This document shows positions 1-11,572 of a DNA stretch of 64,000 nucleotides, piece by piece (the stretch's first letter is position 1; each line of letters starts with the position of its first letter). Source of the DNA: the human T2T-CHM13v2.0 reference genome, Homo sapiens; NCBI RefSeq assembly GCF_009914755.1, contig NC_060926.1. One strand, given 5' to 3'. A model generated the notes under the pieces. The model ran no database searches and was not told the origin of the DNA. It was given only the letters and a program-made list of their open reading frames with translations. A program made the position numbers and the translations under genes.

Positions 1-2230
1 CCAAGAGAATGTGTAAGAACTATCAAGTCTTAGGACACATGGCCAGGACCAGAAGGTGCCCAGTGAAGTGCTGGGGTGGGGCCCTGCCTCACAACCCTTG
101 GGCCAAATAAGAAGGAAAAGTAGAACCTGGGACTGAGGAAGCCCCAGCAACTCCAGACTCCATAGCCGTTTACCAAGACTCACAGAAAGAACAAAGGCAA
201 AGGCAAGGCAAGAACTGCAGAGGAAGAACCTACCACAGGAGTTTCCTAGGAGACTTCAAGTTGAAGCATCAGCAAAACTGAAAGGCTAATGCCTGTCCAC
301 ACATCCAAAAGTAGATCTGTCCTGGATCTGTGTTCAACAAGTCAGCCAGCTGTCAAGAAACCTGAGATGTGATTCTTCTACCTGGCAGAGCCTCCCATCA
401 AGACATAAACTGGGCTCCCTCTTACCTTATGGATAACTGACGTGTGGAGGTGGATCTATGGATTAGACTCATGCTGCATTCCAGCACTTTGCCTAGGACC
501 CAACAATCATTGCCAAGATGAAAGTCAACAGGCCTGAAGTTTGCTTTCATGATGTTCTCCAGCCTGTAACCAAGACACTAGTCCTGGCCACTTCTTCAAA
601 CCTGATGCAAGGTTGTGCTGATATAAATGCAAACCCAGCTCTATGCCTACCAACCATCTATGTGGCTAGGACTGCAAATTGAGTATTCAGGCCCCAGGCA
701 AGAGGTCTTCCCAGGTTTCCAAGTAGAATTTCTAGAATTTCCAAAGATAATGACTTTGCCCCTTTCAGTGCCCATCTTCCAGAGATAATCAGAGGGGGCC
801 TCTGGAAGCCATTTAGACTCTCCAGCCTCCTCCCTAGTGAAAATGGACTTGGATACAAAGAGGCAACCTACTGACCTCAAAGGCACCAGCCCAGATACTG
901 AGTATAGGGGCCCTCTATGACACACCTCATCTGAGCCACATCAAAGCCCAAACTGTTCCTCAATCTCCACCATCCAGACAGCCCAAAACGGCCCTTCAGA
1001 ATTGTCTTGAGATGGGACAGGAGACAGTAGAGCTGCAGGTTCAGAATGGCTGCCTCATCCCTCCCTCCTGAAAAGTCTATACCTGCTGATCAGAGCCTCA
1101 CACCTCAGGGGGCTCAGCCCTCCCAGTAAGTGTTCCCTAAGAGGACCTTTGTTGCGGGAAGTCAGGGACCCTAAACGGAAGGACCAGCTGAAGCCATGGC
1201 AGAAGAACATGAATTGTGAAGATTTCATGGACATTTATTAGTTCCCCAAATTAATAATTTTATAATTTCTTATGCCTCTCTTTACTGCAATCTCTAAACA
1301 TAAATTGTGAAGATTTCATGGACACTTATCACTTCCCCAATCAATACCCTTGTGATTTCCTATGCCTGTCTTTACTTTTATCTCAATCCTGTCAGCTGAG
1401 GAGGATGTATGTCACCTCAGGACCCTGTAATAATTGCATTAACTGCACAAATTGTACAGCATGTGTGTTTGAGCAATATGAAATCTGGGCACCTTGAAAA
1501 AAGAACAGGATAACAGCAATTGTTCAGGGAATAAGAGAGATAACCTGAAACTCTGACTGCCGGTGAGCCGGGCAGAACAGAGCCATATTTCTCTTCTTTC
1601 AAAAGCAAATGGGAGAAATATCGCTGAATTCTTTTTCTCAGCAAGGAACATCCCTGGGAAAGAGAATACATGCCTGGGGGTATGGGTCTATAAACGGCCT
1701 GTAGGGGTGAAATAGACCCCAGTCTCCTATAGCACTCCCAGGCTTATTAGGAAAAGGAAAATTCCTGCCTAATAAATTTTTGGTCAGACCGGTTGCTCTC
1801 AAAACCCTGTCTCCTGATAAGATGTTATCAATGACAATGGTACCCGAAACTTCATTAGCAATTTTAATTTCGCCCCAGTCCTGTGGTCCTGTGATCTCGC
1901 CCTGCCTCCGCTTGCCTTGTGATATTCTATTACCTTGTAAAGTACTTGATGTCTGTGACCCACACCTATTTGCACACTCCCTCCCCTTTTAAAAATCCCT
2001 AATAAAAACTTGCTGGTTTTGTGGCTTGGGGGGCATCACAGAACCTACCGACATGTGATGTCTCCCCCGGATGCCCAGCTTTAAAATTTCTCTCTTTTGT
2101 ACTCTGTCCCTTTATTTCTCAAGCTGGCGGACGCTTAGGGAAAATAGAAAAGAACCTACGTGACTATCGGGGCGGGTTCCCAGATAGACCTTCTGGTCTT
2201 TTCCTCCTCTGAGGGGAGGAATGATACCCT
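1..2230 (+). pseudogene. FAM90A-family processed pseudogene (runs off the left edge; interrupted by MER11 LTR 1150-2186)
   Basis: Manual translation gives collinear FAM90A-like motifs across frameshifts and stops: CKNYQVLGHMARTRRCPVKCWGGAL (12-86; FAM90A zinc knuckle CKNCxAFGHTARSTRCPMKCW), ELQRKNLPQEFPRR (~212-253), MPVHTSKSRSVLD (289-327; cf. MPVHTTSKRP), PGKRSSQ...LCPFQ (~693-768), RPFRIVLRWDRRQ*SCRF...PPEK (989-1075; cf. QPLRVLFRRLENGRWSS...SPEK), and PVSVP*EDL|LVFSSSE across the LTR (cf. PPNVLYEDLQVSSSSE). No introns are visible. Confidence 0.85.
1150..2186 (+). mobile_element. MER11 solo LTR (HERV-K11/HML-8 family)
   Basis: Starts TGTTGCGGGAAGTCAGGGACC and ends GGTTCCCAGATA, matching MER11 termini. 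It has a TATA-like TATAAA near 1689 and AATAAA at 2001, and is flanked by a perfect 6-bp TSD GACCTT (1144-1149, 2187-2192). Confidence 0.93.
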
Positions 2231-3949
2231 CTGTGCCACAAAATATATAACCTCTACTCTCACATGACTTGATTGATTGATGAACTGATGCCCTGAGGAG
2301 GAAAGAGATGCAGAGGAGAGCCTGTGTCGTGTCTTGTGAATTCCTGTTTCCCTAGCTGTGATGCCTGTGCAAATCGAGGAACCCAAATAATACTGGGTGG
2401 TGGACACACAGACACTGCCTAATAAAATTCAGTAAATTTACCTTGAATTTAAGGGGAACTTATCATATGTCCTATAAAAATTTAAGTTGGTGAATTTTAT
2501 AAGAAAACTGAGTTAAAATGTATAAGGGCATTAAAATATAATTTTAATAGGAAGCTATGAAAATTATCTGCACTTGCTGTGTAAATGACTGAATTTTGGG
2601 TAACTATGTAAGATTATTGATGGGCTTGAAAAGATACCCGCTACTTAATTTTATCAGACATTTACTTTCAAATATTTGCTGTTAACCAGTTAACCAGTTA
2701 ACCAATACCCTCTCATGTTATTAAAATTTTTTATTTTGAGGGAGCACTTCTATGAAAACAATAGTAAGATTGTTGCTAATTTTGGTTATTAAAATAATAA
2801 AATTGTTTGGTTAGTTTATGTTATTGTTAACCAAATGCTCCTATAGATAGCATATTGTACAGTTGTTTTGATCCGTTCTTTCACCCTAGGTCAAATTTCC
2901 TTAATTTTATTCATCAAATTGTATTTACTGTAGATAAAAGAAACACTGTAGTTACCATGTGCTCTGCGGATCTGTACTTTGTTAGAAATACAAATTCTCA
3001 GTCAAAACTCACACCTATTTTACAAAAATCTGGATCTTAAATAATACTTTGAGGTAATCTCTATGCATATTAATGATTGTTAAGGGGGGTAATTCAATTC
3101 TTAAAAGAGGGGAAGTTTACGTATACTGATTTGTCAAAAAGGTACAATTAAGATTGTACCTTTCAATGTGTATGCATTTTATCTAAAAAATAATCAAAAA
3201 CCTAATGAAGTGGGGGGTGGGAAATGGTTTGAAATATAGATTAAACAAAAACAGCATATGACTAGTAGATGTTAAAGCTGGGTGACAGGTCTATTATACT
3301 TTTTGGTATTTTGTATATGTTTTTAATGTTCTGTAATAAAACACTTCTATGAAATGACAGAGTTGATCTATACTTAGTTCTTAAGATCTTGGTTTCCTTT
3401 GGAAGGAGAAGGAGAATGTGATTATCAGGGGCATGAGCAAGTGTGATTCTATTTCTTGGTTACACAAGTGTATTTATTTTGTAATAATTCATCAAGCTTT
3501 CCATAAATGTTTTGTGCATATGTTTCTGTATGCATGTTATACATCAATAAAAAGTTAAATATTAAAAAATTTACAAATTATATATATTAATACATGGTTA
3601 CTTATATTCATTCTATAAACATTTACTGCAAGTCTCCAATGCCTTGGGCATAGCTTAAAGGCTAAGGACACAAAGGCCCTTGGCCCTCACAGGATTCACA
3701 GTATAAAGGGTAATGAGAAAACCCAGAACTACAATACCTTCTCAAATGCCCAAATTCGTGACTATCATCAATTAAGTTGTGGGGGGTGAGGCTCCCTCAC
3801 TGTTGAGAGACTGCCTCCCTCATACCAATGTCATGGGAAACATGATTCGAATTCTGGTTAAATACTAAACAGCATAACTGTACTTGCAGTTACACATTCA
3901 ATGAATATTGGTTAAACAGGGAAAAATAATCACCCAAAACTCCTGCTCT

Positions 3950-4930
3950 GAAAAATATTACTATAAGCAAAGTCAAAAGACAAGTGATAAATTAAGAAAA
4001 ATATCTGTAATATGTAACAGACACAAAGGACTAATATAGGAAAAGTGCCTAGAAAGAGTATTAAGAAAAAGATCAATAAAAAATGAACAAGACATATGGA
4101 CAGTTCACAGAAAAAGAAATACAAATGGCTCTTCAACATATGAAAAATGGGGACTGGCACACTATGGCTCACAAGCCAAGTCTGCCCAGCCATATGTTTT
4201 TGTAAATAAAATTTTATGGAACACAATTTTGCCCATTCATTTGTGCATTGTCTATGTCTGCTCTCGTGCTACAATGCAAAGTTGAGTTGTTACAGCAGAG
4301 ACTGGCTCACAAACCTGAAAATATTTACTGTCTCACCCTTTAAAGAAAAAGCTTCCTGACCTCTGATCTAGAGAAGCAGAAATTAAATAGCACTTAGATA
4401 TCGTTCTTCATCTATCAGATTGTCAAAGTTCAAAAGTTTGAAAACACTGCTGCAGGGGCTTCTCATATATCTTTTAGGAGTAAATTGGTAAAATTATTTA
4501 AAAGATAAGTTATTAATATTTTTCTCAGTTGATAATTTACACATACTTTGTTCCCACAGTTCTTCTTTGGGGCACTTACTCTACAACAGCACTTGAACAT
4601 ACATGTCATAGTTATTTATTGCAGCTCTGTTTGTTGCTCAGTTTGGAAAGATTTAAACCATTTTCACTGGACATAAGTAAAGAACCGGTTAAACTATGGA
4701 TGTCTATCTATATAATGGAATAATACATAGTTGTCTAAAAGAATGAGAAAGGTCTCCACATGCTGATCTAAAATATCTCCATAATATATTATTCAGTGAA
4801 AAACGTGAAGGGCAAAACAGTATGCATGGTGTGCTACCTGTGCATGAAATGGAGGAGGAGAAAACTATACCCTTGTATTTTCTTAATATCTGCATAAAGA
4901 ACTCTGGAAGGATGCATAAGAGCCTGATGA
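3950..4930 (+). mobile_element. Old L1M (L1ME-like) 3' fragment
   Basis: Degenerate L1 ORF2-end/3'UTR motifs (gaacagttcacagaaaaagaaatacaaatggc; ataatggaataata); interrupted by MER58. Confidence 0.6.
4149..4365 (+). mobile_element. MER58A-like hAT DNA transposon
   Basis: tttttgtaaataaaattttatggaacaca ... aaatatttactgtctcaccctttaaagaaaaag...ctgacctctg matches the MER58 consensus pattern. Confidence 0.75.
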
Positions 4931-5994
4931 TGGGTCAAGTTTGGGAACTGGATGGAGGAAGCAGCTCTTGGGTAAGACTCCTTGCTACATGTCTTTTTAT
5001 AATTATTTGGTTATTGAGCCATATTCATTCACTGATTAACTGAGCATCTGATGGGTGCCAGGCACTATTCTACATGCGCAGGATATAGCAGTCAACAAAA
5101 GAAACAAAAATCTCTCTTCTCCTAGGAGTTCCAGCAGGGGAGATGATACTAAACAAATAAATAAAATATATAGTATGGTGGATGATGGTAAGGTGATAAG
5201 GAGGAAAGAATGGGAAAAATAGGAAGAAGGATATGAAATGCTGAATGTGTGTTTTGGGGAGAAGTGGAGAGTGATGAGCAAAATTTAAGGAGAAGGTGAT
5301 TTATTTGTTTATTTTAAAATTTTATGGGTACATAGAAGCTACACATATTTATGGGGTACCCAAAGGTGACTTTTGAGAAAAAAAAAACTTAAAGGAAATA
5401 GAAGAGTGAGCCAGGCAAATATGCTAAATATTCAAATCATTAAATTAAAATGAGTAATCATTCCATTTACTCTTTCTAACAACCTTGTTAGGAGTTATTA
5501 ATGAGGTCAGTATTATTAATGATATTATCTTCATTATAAACTATCATATTCTGGTCCCAATGAGTTCCTTACAAACAATTAAAAAAGAAATCTTAAGTCC
5601 TCCAATCCAAGTGCTAATATACAGGGAAATAAAACATATGTGGGAGAGTGTGGGTGGGTGCCTAAGCCCATTGATTCGAGGTGGGGTAGATTGAGGAGAG
5701 ATGACCCTAAGAGAGTTCTGCAGACTGGGAGGGAGTCAGCCAGTCCAGGACTAAAAGGGAGAATTCTTGGAAAAGGAAAAGAGTGTGCAAAAGCAATGAG
5801 GTAAGAAAAAACCTGGCAAGTGGTTTAGAATAACTGGAGCAGAGGTCTTGGTCAGAGAGGGTAGTGACTAAATAAAAGCATGGAGTAGTAAAGGTCAGAC
5901 ATTAAAAGCTCTGGTAAGCCACAGAAGGACCTTCAGAGTGGGATGCCTCAAACCATCATCAAGTCCTTTCTTCCTTGCCTGCCTCTGCTCTAGG

Positions 5995-6200
5995 GCATGC
6001 TTTCTCAACCTCAGAACTATTGATGTCTTGGCCCCAATAATTCTTTGTTGCAGGAGATTGTCCTGTGCATTGTAGGATGCTTCTCCACCCATTAGATGCC
6101 AGTAGCAGCCTGCACTTCTAAGCTGTGACACCCCAAAATACCTCCAGACATTGCCAGAAGTCCCCTTGCAGAGCAAAATCACACCTGATATGAACTACTG
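5995..6200 (+). mobile_element. MER20 DNA transposon
   Basis: ttctcaacctcagaactattgatgtc...ctgtgcattgtaggatg...ccagacattgccaga...gagcaaaatcac...gaactactg. Confidence 0.8.
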
Positions 6201-6209
6201 ATCTAAAGA

Positions 6210-7230
6210 TTGAAAAAGCTAAAATTCTCATTTTTCCAGCCTCCCTTGCAGCTAGAAATGACCATGTGACACAGTCCTGGCCAATGAAATCTGAGAGGAG
6301 ATCTACTGGAACCTCCTTCCATTTTCTGCCTTTTTTGATCTTGAATCAGCCTGAACAACAGCAGCCATTTGGCAGCCATGAGATGACAAACACAGAAAAA
6401 AGGCTTTGAGAATCACAGAGATATTGGCCCCTACATTTTTTATTGTATATATTTAAGGTGTACAACCTGATGTTTTTCTACACATATGCTTTGTTAAATG
6501 ATTACTCCAGTCAAGTGCATAAACATGTTCATCACCTTCTTTTTATTTTTTGTGTGGTAAAAGCACCTAAAATCTACTGTCTTAGCAAATTTTCAGTATA
6601 CTATAAAATATTTTTAACTGTCATCCTCATGCTATACATTAGAACTCTAGACTTATTCATCCCAGAAAACTGCAAGTTTGTATCTTTGGACATACTTCTC
6701 ATATCTTCCTCCTTGCCCGATAACTACTATTCTACTGTCTGTTTCTATGTATTCAACATTTTTTTTAGGTTTTATGTGTAAGTGAGATCATACAGTATTT
6801 TTATTTCTGTCTCTGACTGGGTATATACCCATAGGAAGTGAAATCAGTATCTTTAGAGATATCTGCACTCCATACTCATTGTAGCCCTATTCATAATAGT
6901 CAAGAAATGCAGACAACCAAAGTGTCCATCAATGGATGAATAGATTTTAAAAACTGTGGTATATTTACAAAATGAAATATTATTCGGCCTTAACAAAGAA
7001 GGAGATACTGCCACTTGTGACAACATGGATAAAGCTGGAATATATTACACTGAGTAAAATAAGCCAGACAGAGAAAGAAAAAGACAGGCCTCTACATGTT
7101 TGTGCTAATGAGCCAATGTTAGCAACCACCTACCTCCAGACTTCTTACTATGTGGGTAAGATAACGTCTATGTGTTTAGGCCACCAAGTTGAGGTTTTCA
7201 TTTTTTGCAGTTGAAAACAATCCTGACTCT
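6210..7230. mobile_element. MLT1-type MaLR LTR fragments split by an L1MA insertion
   Basis: ccagcctcccttgcagctag...ccatgtgacacagtcctggccaatg (6235-6290) resumes after the L1 as ctacctccagacttcttactatgtg...gcagttgaaaacaatcctgact. Confidence 0.55.
6437..7086 (-). mobile_element. 5'-truncated L1MA with twin-priming inversion
   Basis: 6437-6815 is antisense L1MA 3'UTR with a T tail, and 6817-7085 is the upstream part of the 3'UTR in the opposite orientation. TSD ggcc(c/t)ctacat at 6426-6436 and 7087-7097. Confidence 0.75.
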
Positions 7231-8759
7231 TAAACCACACAAAATTGTTTGGATTTTATCCCAGAGATAATGAGAATCCACTAAGGGATGCTAAAAAATA
7301 AAAAGAATTGCATCATCACATCCGAATTTTGGAAACATCATTTTGCTACAAAATATAGACTGTGAAACAAGATCATGGAGGCAAGACCACAGCAAATACC
7401 ATTATGATAAGGCAGGCGAAAACATGATGGGGCTTGGAGCCAGTCAATCAATGATGGTGGGACTAAAGTGGACGCCATACATTTTAAGAGGCAAAATGAA
7501 TCGACCCAAACCAGTTGGATATGGGCAGTGAAGAAGATGCATCAAAGGTTAAAAATCCTATTTCTGGATTAGGTGATGCCCTAGATGGGTATATAAAAGA
7601 AAGAGCATATTTAAAGAGAAGGACAATATTCTATTCTAGGCTGGAGTGAATTTGAAATGCTTATAGCACAACCAAATAGTTATTTTCAGGACACTTAGAT
7701 AAGAAGCTCAGGAAGTTAGGAAAGACAGAGGTGTGATAATTGTCTACTATATGTATGGTATAATTCAAAATATAATATTTTAATAAAATAACATTTCTTA
7801 TGAAGTAATATCAATGAATTGTTATTAAAAATACAGTTAAGCAAAAGAAAATTAAAAATACATATACCTTCACCTACAAAAATGTGGTTACCTATACATA
7901 TGAATATACATATATAAATGGGATTATAATATATATGGTGTGTGGCAACAGGCTTTATTTACCTAGTAGCATGTCATAAACATCTATTTCAATTAATACA
8001 AATTTTCCCTAATATTTTACTACATGTATTATAAATAATTCTGAGATCAATCATCCTCACAGTAAAATTTCTGCCTATATCCCTAATTCTTTCCTTAGGA
8101 GACATTTCCAGAAGTGGGATTTCTGGCTAGCGTATGTGTTTTTAAGGGCTTTGATGGATATTGTCAAATTATTTTTTAGAGAGGTTGTAGCAATTCACAA
8201 TTCCATCAGCACGATGTGTAAGTACTCATCTCCCCAGACTTTCTCCAAGACCAAAATTACATACTTAATCAGTCAAGTCTTTGAGAAATGTATAAAATAA
8301 AAATGTTAATCGCATTGCAGTTTCCATTTTGCATTTTTCTGCCAGAATTTGAGCTGTTTATGTTTTATTGATAATTTGTATTTCTTCTTTTGCAAACTGT
8401 TGATTCTTGTTTTTTGTCCACTTTCCTTTTGGGACACTTTTATTGATTTATAAAAGCTCTTTATTTGTTATAAACTTTAACTCTTCTTCATTAATGTTTC
8501 ATTTTCCCCTAGTTTGACACTTGTCATTTACTTGTAGGGCCCATTGTGGTAAGCAGATATTTACAATTATTGGAATGGTCAAGGTTTGAAATGTTTGTTG
8601 TGAAGAATGGGCACAAGATGTGTCCAGAAGTAAACAGGGAGATTAAGGTATGATGTGAAAAGCTCAGCTGAGATTGGAGACTATGAATTTCTAGTGGCTT
8701 CAAATGGCAAATTATACTGGTGTTTGATAACTTGTACAGAGTGAGAAAGGGTCACTTTT

Positions 8760-9187
8760 CTTAAGTCATCTAATATGAACCCTGGCTAGATTAGAACTGG
8801 AAAGTAAAACCAGTCCTTGCCCAAAGAGAAATCCAATCAGAACCTTAGTCCCCTTCTTTTTACATAAAATCCAGAGACCATCAGGCAAAACAAAAACAAA
8901 ATATCAAATATTTTAAAACTCAACCAGCAGAGGAGCAGTTTGGTCATTCAAACCATTGAGCATTTTCATGTAATTTTAAATGCCTCCTTTTATATAAACC
9001 GTATCTGTTTCCAATAAATGATCTTGAGAAGAAAGTCAGCCGTCTTCCTAAAGAGTACAACTTTGAAGTAAAAAAAGGGCGAATATAGACTCTCCCAACT
9101 CACGTGCCTTCTTCTGTCTCCATCTCTCCCACAAGGTTACCAAGCACCTTAGACACCCCCCTAACAAAGAACACACACACACACACA
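8760..9187 (+). repeat. Local duplication block A, copy 1
   Basis: Aligns by eye along its length with ~10495-10970 (gaaagtaaaac.agtcct.gcccaaag; atccagagac.atcaggcaaaacaaaa; gtcattcaaacca.tgagcattttcatgta; aaatgatcttgag.agaaa.tcagcc; ctaaagagt.caactttgaa). Confidence 0.9.
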
Positions 9188-9965
9188 AGAAAGTGAGCAG
9201 GATTTACTCAGAGTTGGGGTTTCACCTACTGGTTTACTCAGAAGCTACACAAAAGAATAAGGCAGTTATGTGTATTAGCAAATGTGTTGCTGAAATAAGG
9301 GACCACGTGGATAGGAGAGGAGGCAACAGATGCACTGGGAGAAAATACGAGGGGCCAGGGGCCCTGCGGGGTTGAAGATCTGATAGAGCAGAATGAGGAC
9401 ATGAGACAGCTACAAGATTAGGACATTTTCCACAATTTTCTTCCATCATACTTTTCATCATTGCTTCCAATCCATTTATTTGATTTTCTTCACTAAAAAC
9501 AATGGTTATTTGTATCTTGAATATTTAAATACATATTTGAAATTTTCTTTATTAATTTCACTTATAATCAGGGAGTGTTCCCCATTTCAGAATAGATTTT
9601 CAGTCACTGAGTCTACACACTGCATCCAAATTTTATTTTAGCCACACTGCTTTTCCATTTCCTTGTGTTTTCTTTTTATCTCAGCCCGTACTTACTTAAA
9701 GAAGCATTGTCTTCCTGCATCCCAAGTAGTATTTAATTCATGAGTATGGGGCAGGAAGGAGGAAGTTTGGAGGGGAGAGAAAAACAGGGCCATGTACTTT
9801 TCAGCCTTGACAAGATCACAAGACACATGGTAAACACAGGACTATTCAATGAGTTACCACTTTCAGTGGTCACAATTCAGGGTCATGTTGACTGAAATGG
9901 AAAATTGCCAGGTACCTCCTGTGCTGATCAGAGATCCGAAGTGCAGTGCTGTTTGCTCTCATGCG

Positions 9966-10112
9966 AGACATATTTTTGTGACAGCTGATTCACAGGTATC
10001 CTTTGGGTCTTTGGAAACTACAGACCCTCTCTGCCAGCCCCACTTCATTTGGGGGATAGCTTCACTACAGAGCTAAGGAAATTATGCTTCAATTGCTTGT
10101 GAAAACGATGTC
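9966..10112 (+). repeat. Local duplication block B, copy 1
   Basis: Aligns with 11573-11720 (agacatattttt...acagctgatt...ctttggaaactacagaccctctctg...atagcttcacta.agagctaaggaaattat.cttcaattgcttgtgaaaac). Confidence 0.92.
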
Positions 10113-10494
10113 TGAATTTCAAACCTCTCTTCCAGCTCTTGTGTCCTTTCTCTCCAATGTTGCCTTGAAGCAAGAGCAAAGATGAGATTCCTCTAATGGG
10201 TGAGTGCCTGGAGAAGGAGGCCCTGGACTTCCTTAACGGGGAAGAGGAGCTGACTGGTGACCTAGGCCTTCACTGATCTAAGAAGGCAGAGCCCTGGACC
10301 TGAGGCACAAGCAGACTACATGCTGCAGCTTGCCCAGAACAAGACCCTGAGCAGTCCTTTTTTTTTCTGAAATCAGGTTGCGCGTCATCCAAGATCCTCT
10401 TACAAAGAGAAGCCATGAACTTCCTTGGCTCATGGAACCCTCCACTTGGCTCAGAATTGCCACTGTAAATCATAATGTCAGGTTTGCATTTCAA

Positions 10495-10970
10495 CTCTTA
10501 GACCACCATGTGTCAACCCTGCCTAGAGAATTAGAAAGTAAAACTAGTCCTCGCCCAAAGGAAATCCAATTGAAACCCTAGTCCCTTCCTTTTTATACAA
10601 TATATCCAGAGACATCAGGCAAAACAAAACAAAACAAAAACAAAAGAAAAGTATCAAGAAATTAAAAACTCATTCAAGCAACAGAGGAACAGTTTAGTCA
10701 TTCAAACCAGTGAGCATTTTCATGTATTTTTAAATGACTCCTTTTATATGAACAACATCTGTTTTCAAGAAATGATCTTGAGGAGAAAATCAGCCATCTT
10801 ACTAAAGAGTGCAACTTTGAACCAACGAAGGGACAAATATCAGACTCTTCCATACTCCGCATGCCTTCTGTCTTCATCTCATCTACAGCTTCGTCAAATA
10901 CCTCAGAAAGGCCCCAAACACAGAACATATAAACATATACTCTCTCTCCCACACACACAGTCTCACACAC
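10495..10970 (+). repeat. Local duplication block A, copy 2
   Basis: See block A copy 1; offset about 1734 bp. Confidence 0.9.
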
Positions 10971-11341
10971 AGGCAGCCTGTGTGAGGTTAACTGCATAGA
11001 ATAACCAGGCTGAGGTACTCCATCAGCCCCCTCCTTGGTCAGAGTTAATGCATAGTGACAGAAGCCAACAGTAGCCCTGGGCCACTTCAATCACTCACTT
11101 GAGCAGCTAAACATTTTCTGCAAGACAAAGCTCTTAGAACCCTTCATTTTTCAAATTAGAGAATGACAAGCTTAACTCCCAACCTGGAGACCTTTCATCT
11201 CAAAGCTCAGCAAAGCAGAGCAGTAGCTTTGATTACGTAGTGTGTCTTTACTGAGAATAAGGCCAGAGATGGCCACCCAGGAGACAACCTTGGACCCAGC
11301 CCCAGACCTCAGTCCTGGCCCAGTGGAAACCAGGCACCTAC

Positions 11342-11426
11342 CTGAGACAAAGGAATAGGCCGCTAGGATGTTGCTGAGCAAAGCCATCTCCACGTGCTCT
11401 GGGCTGTGGCTGAGGGGCAGCCTCAT
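11342..11426 (-). CDS. EVA1A: EVA1A (eva-1 homolog A / FAM176A / TMEM166) first coding segment, codons 1-28 plus 1 nt
   Basis: Translates to MRLPLSHSPEHVEMALLSNILAAYSFVS, the recognised EVA1A N-terminus, and ends at a phase-1 donor TCAG|GTAGGT (GT at 11341-11340). The rest of the CDS (ENPERAALY...) is not in the window. Confidence 0.96.
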
Positions 11427-11494
11427 GGGACATCCAGAGGGGACCTCCTGGAGGTGCTTGGCTGAATCAACGTGGCCACTCTCCTTCTTCTCTT
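11342..11494 (-). other. EVA1A: EVA1A exon containing the start codon (153 nt: 68 nt 5'UTR + 85 nt CDS)
   Basis: Acceptor cacttt atgttcccaaacAG| (AG at 11496-11495) and donor |GTAGGT. Confidence 0.9.
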
Positions 11495-11572
11495 CTGTTT
11501 GGGAACATAAAGTGAGTGATAAGAAACATTCTGCTGTCCTGAGGCCATGTTCCAGGTAGCCTGGACTCCTAA

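Noticed and set aside
1205-1335. Direct repeat AATTGTGAAGATTTCATGGACA resembling a repeat-spacer array
   Set aside because: A normal internal tandem duplication of the MER11 LTR; only two units, eukaryotic context, no cas genes.
9190-9965. Possible decayed second copy of the EVA1A coding exon between duplication blocks A1 and B1
   Set aside because: Only a short CACCTAC match to the donor region; no alignable coding sequence by eye.
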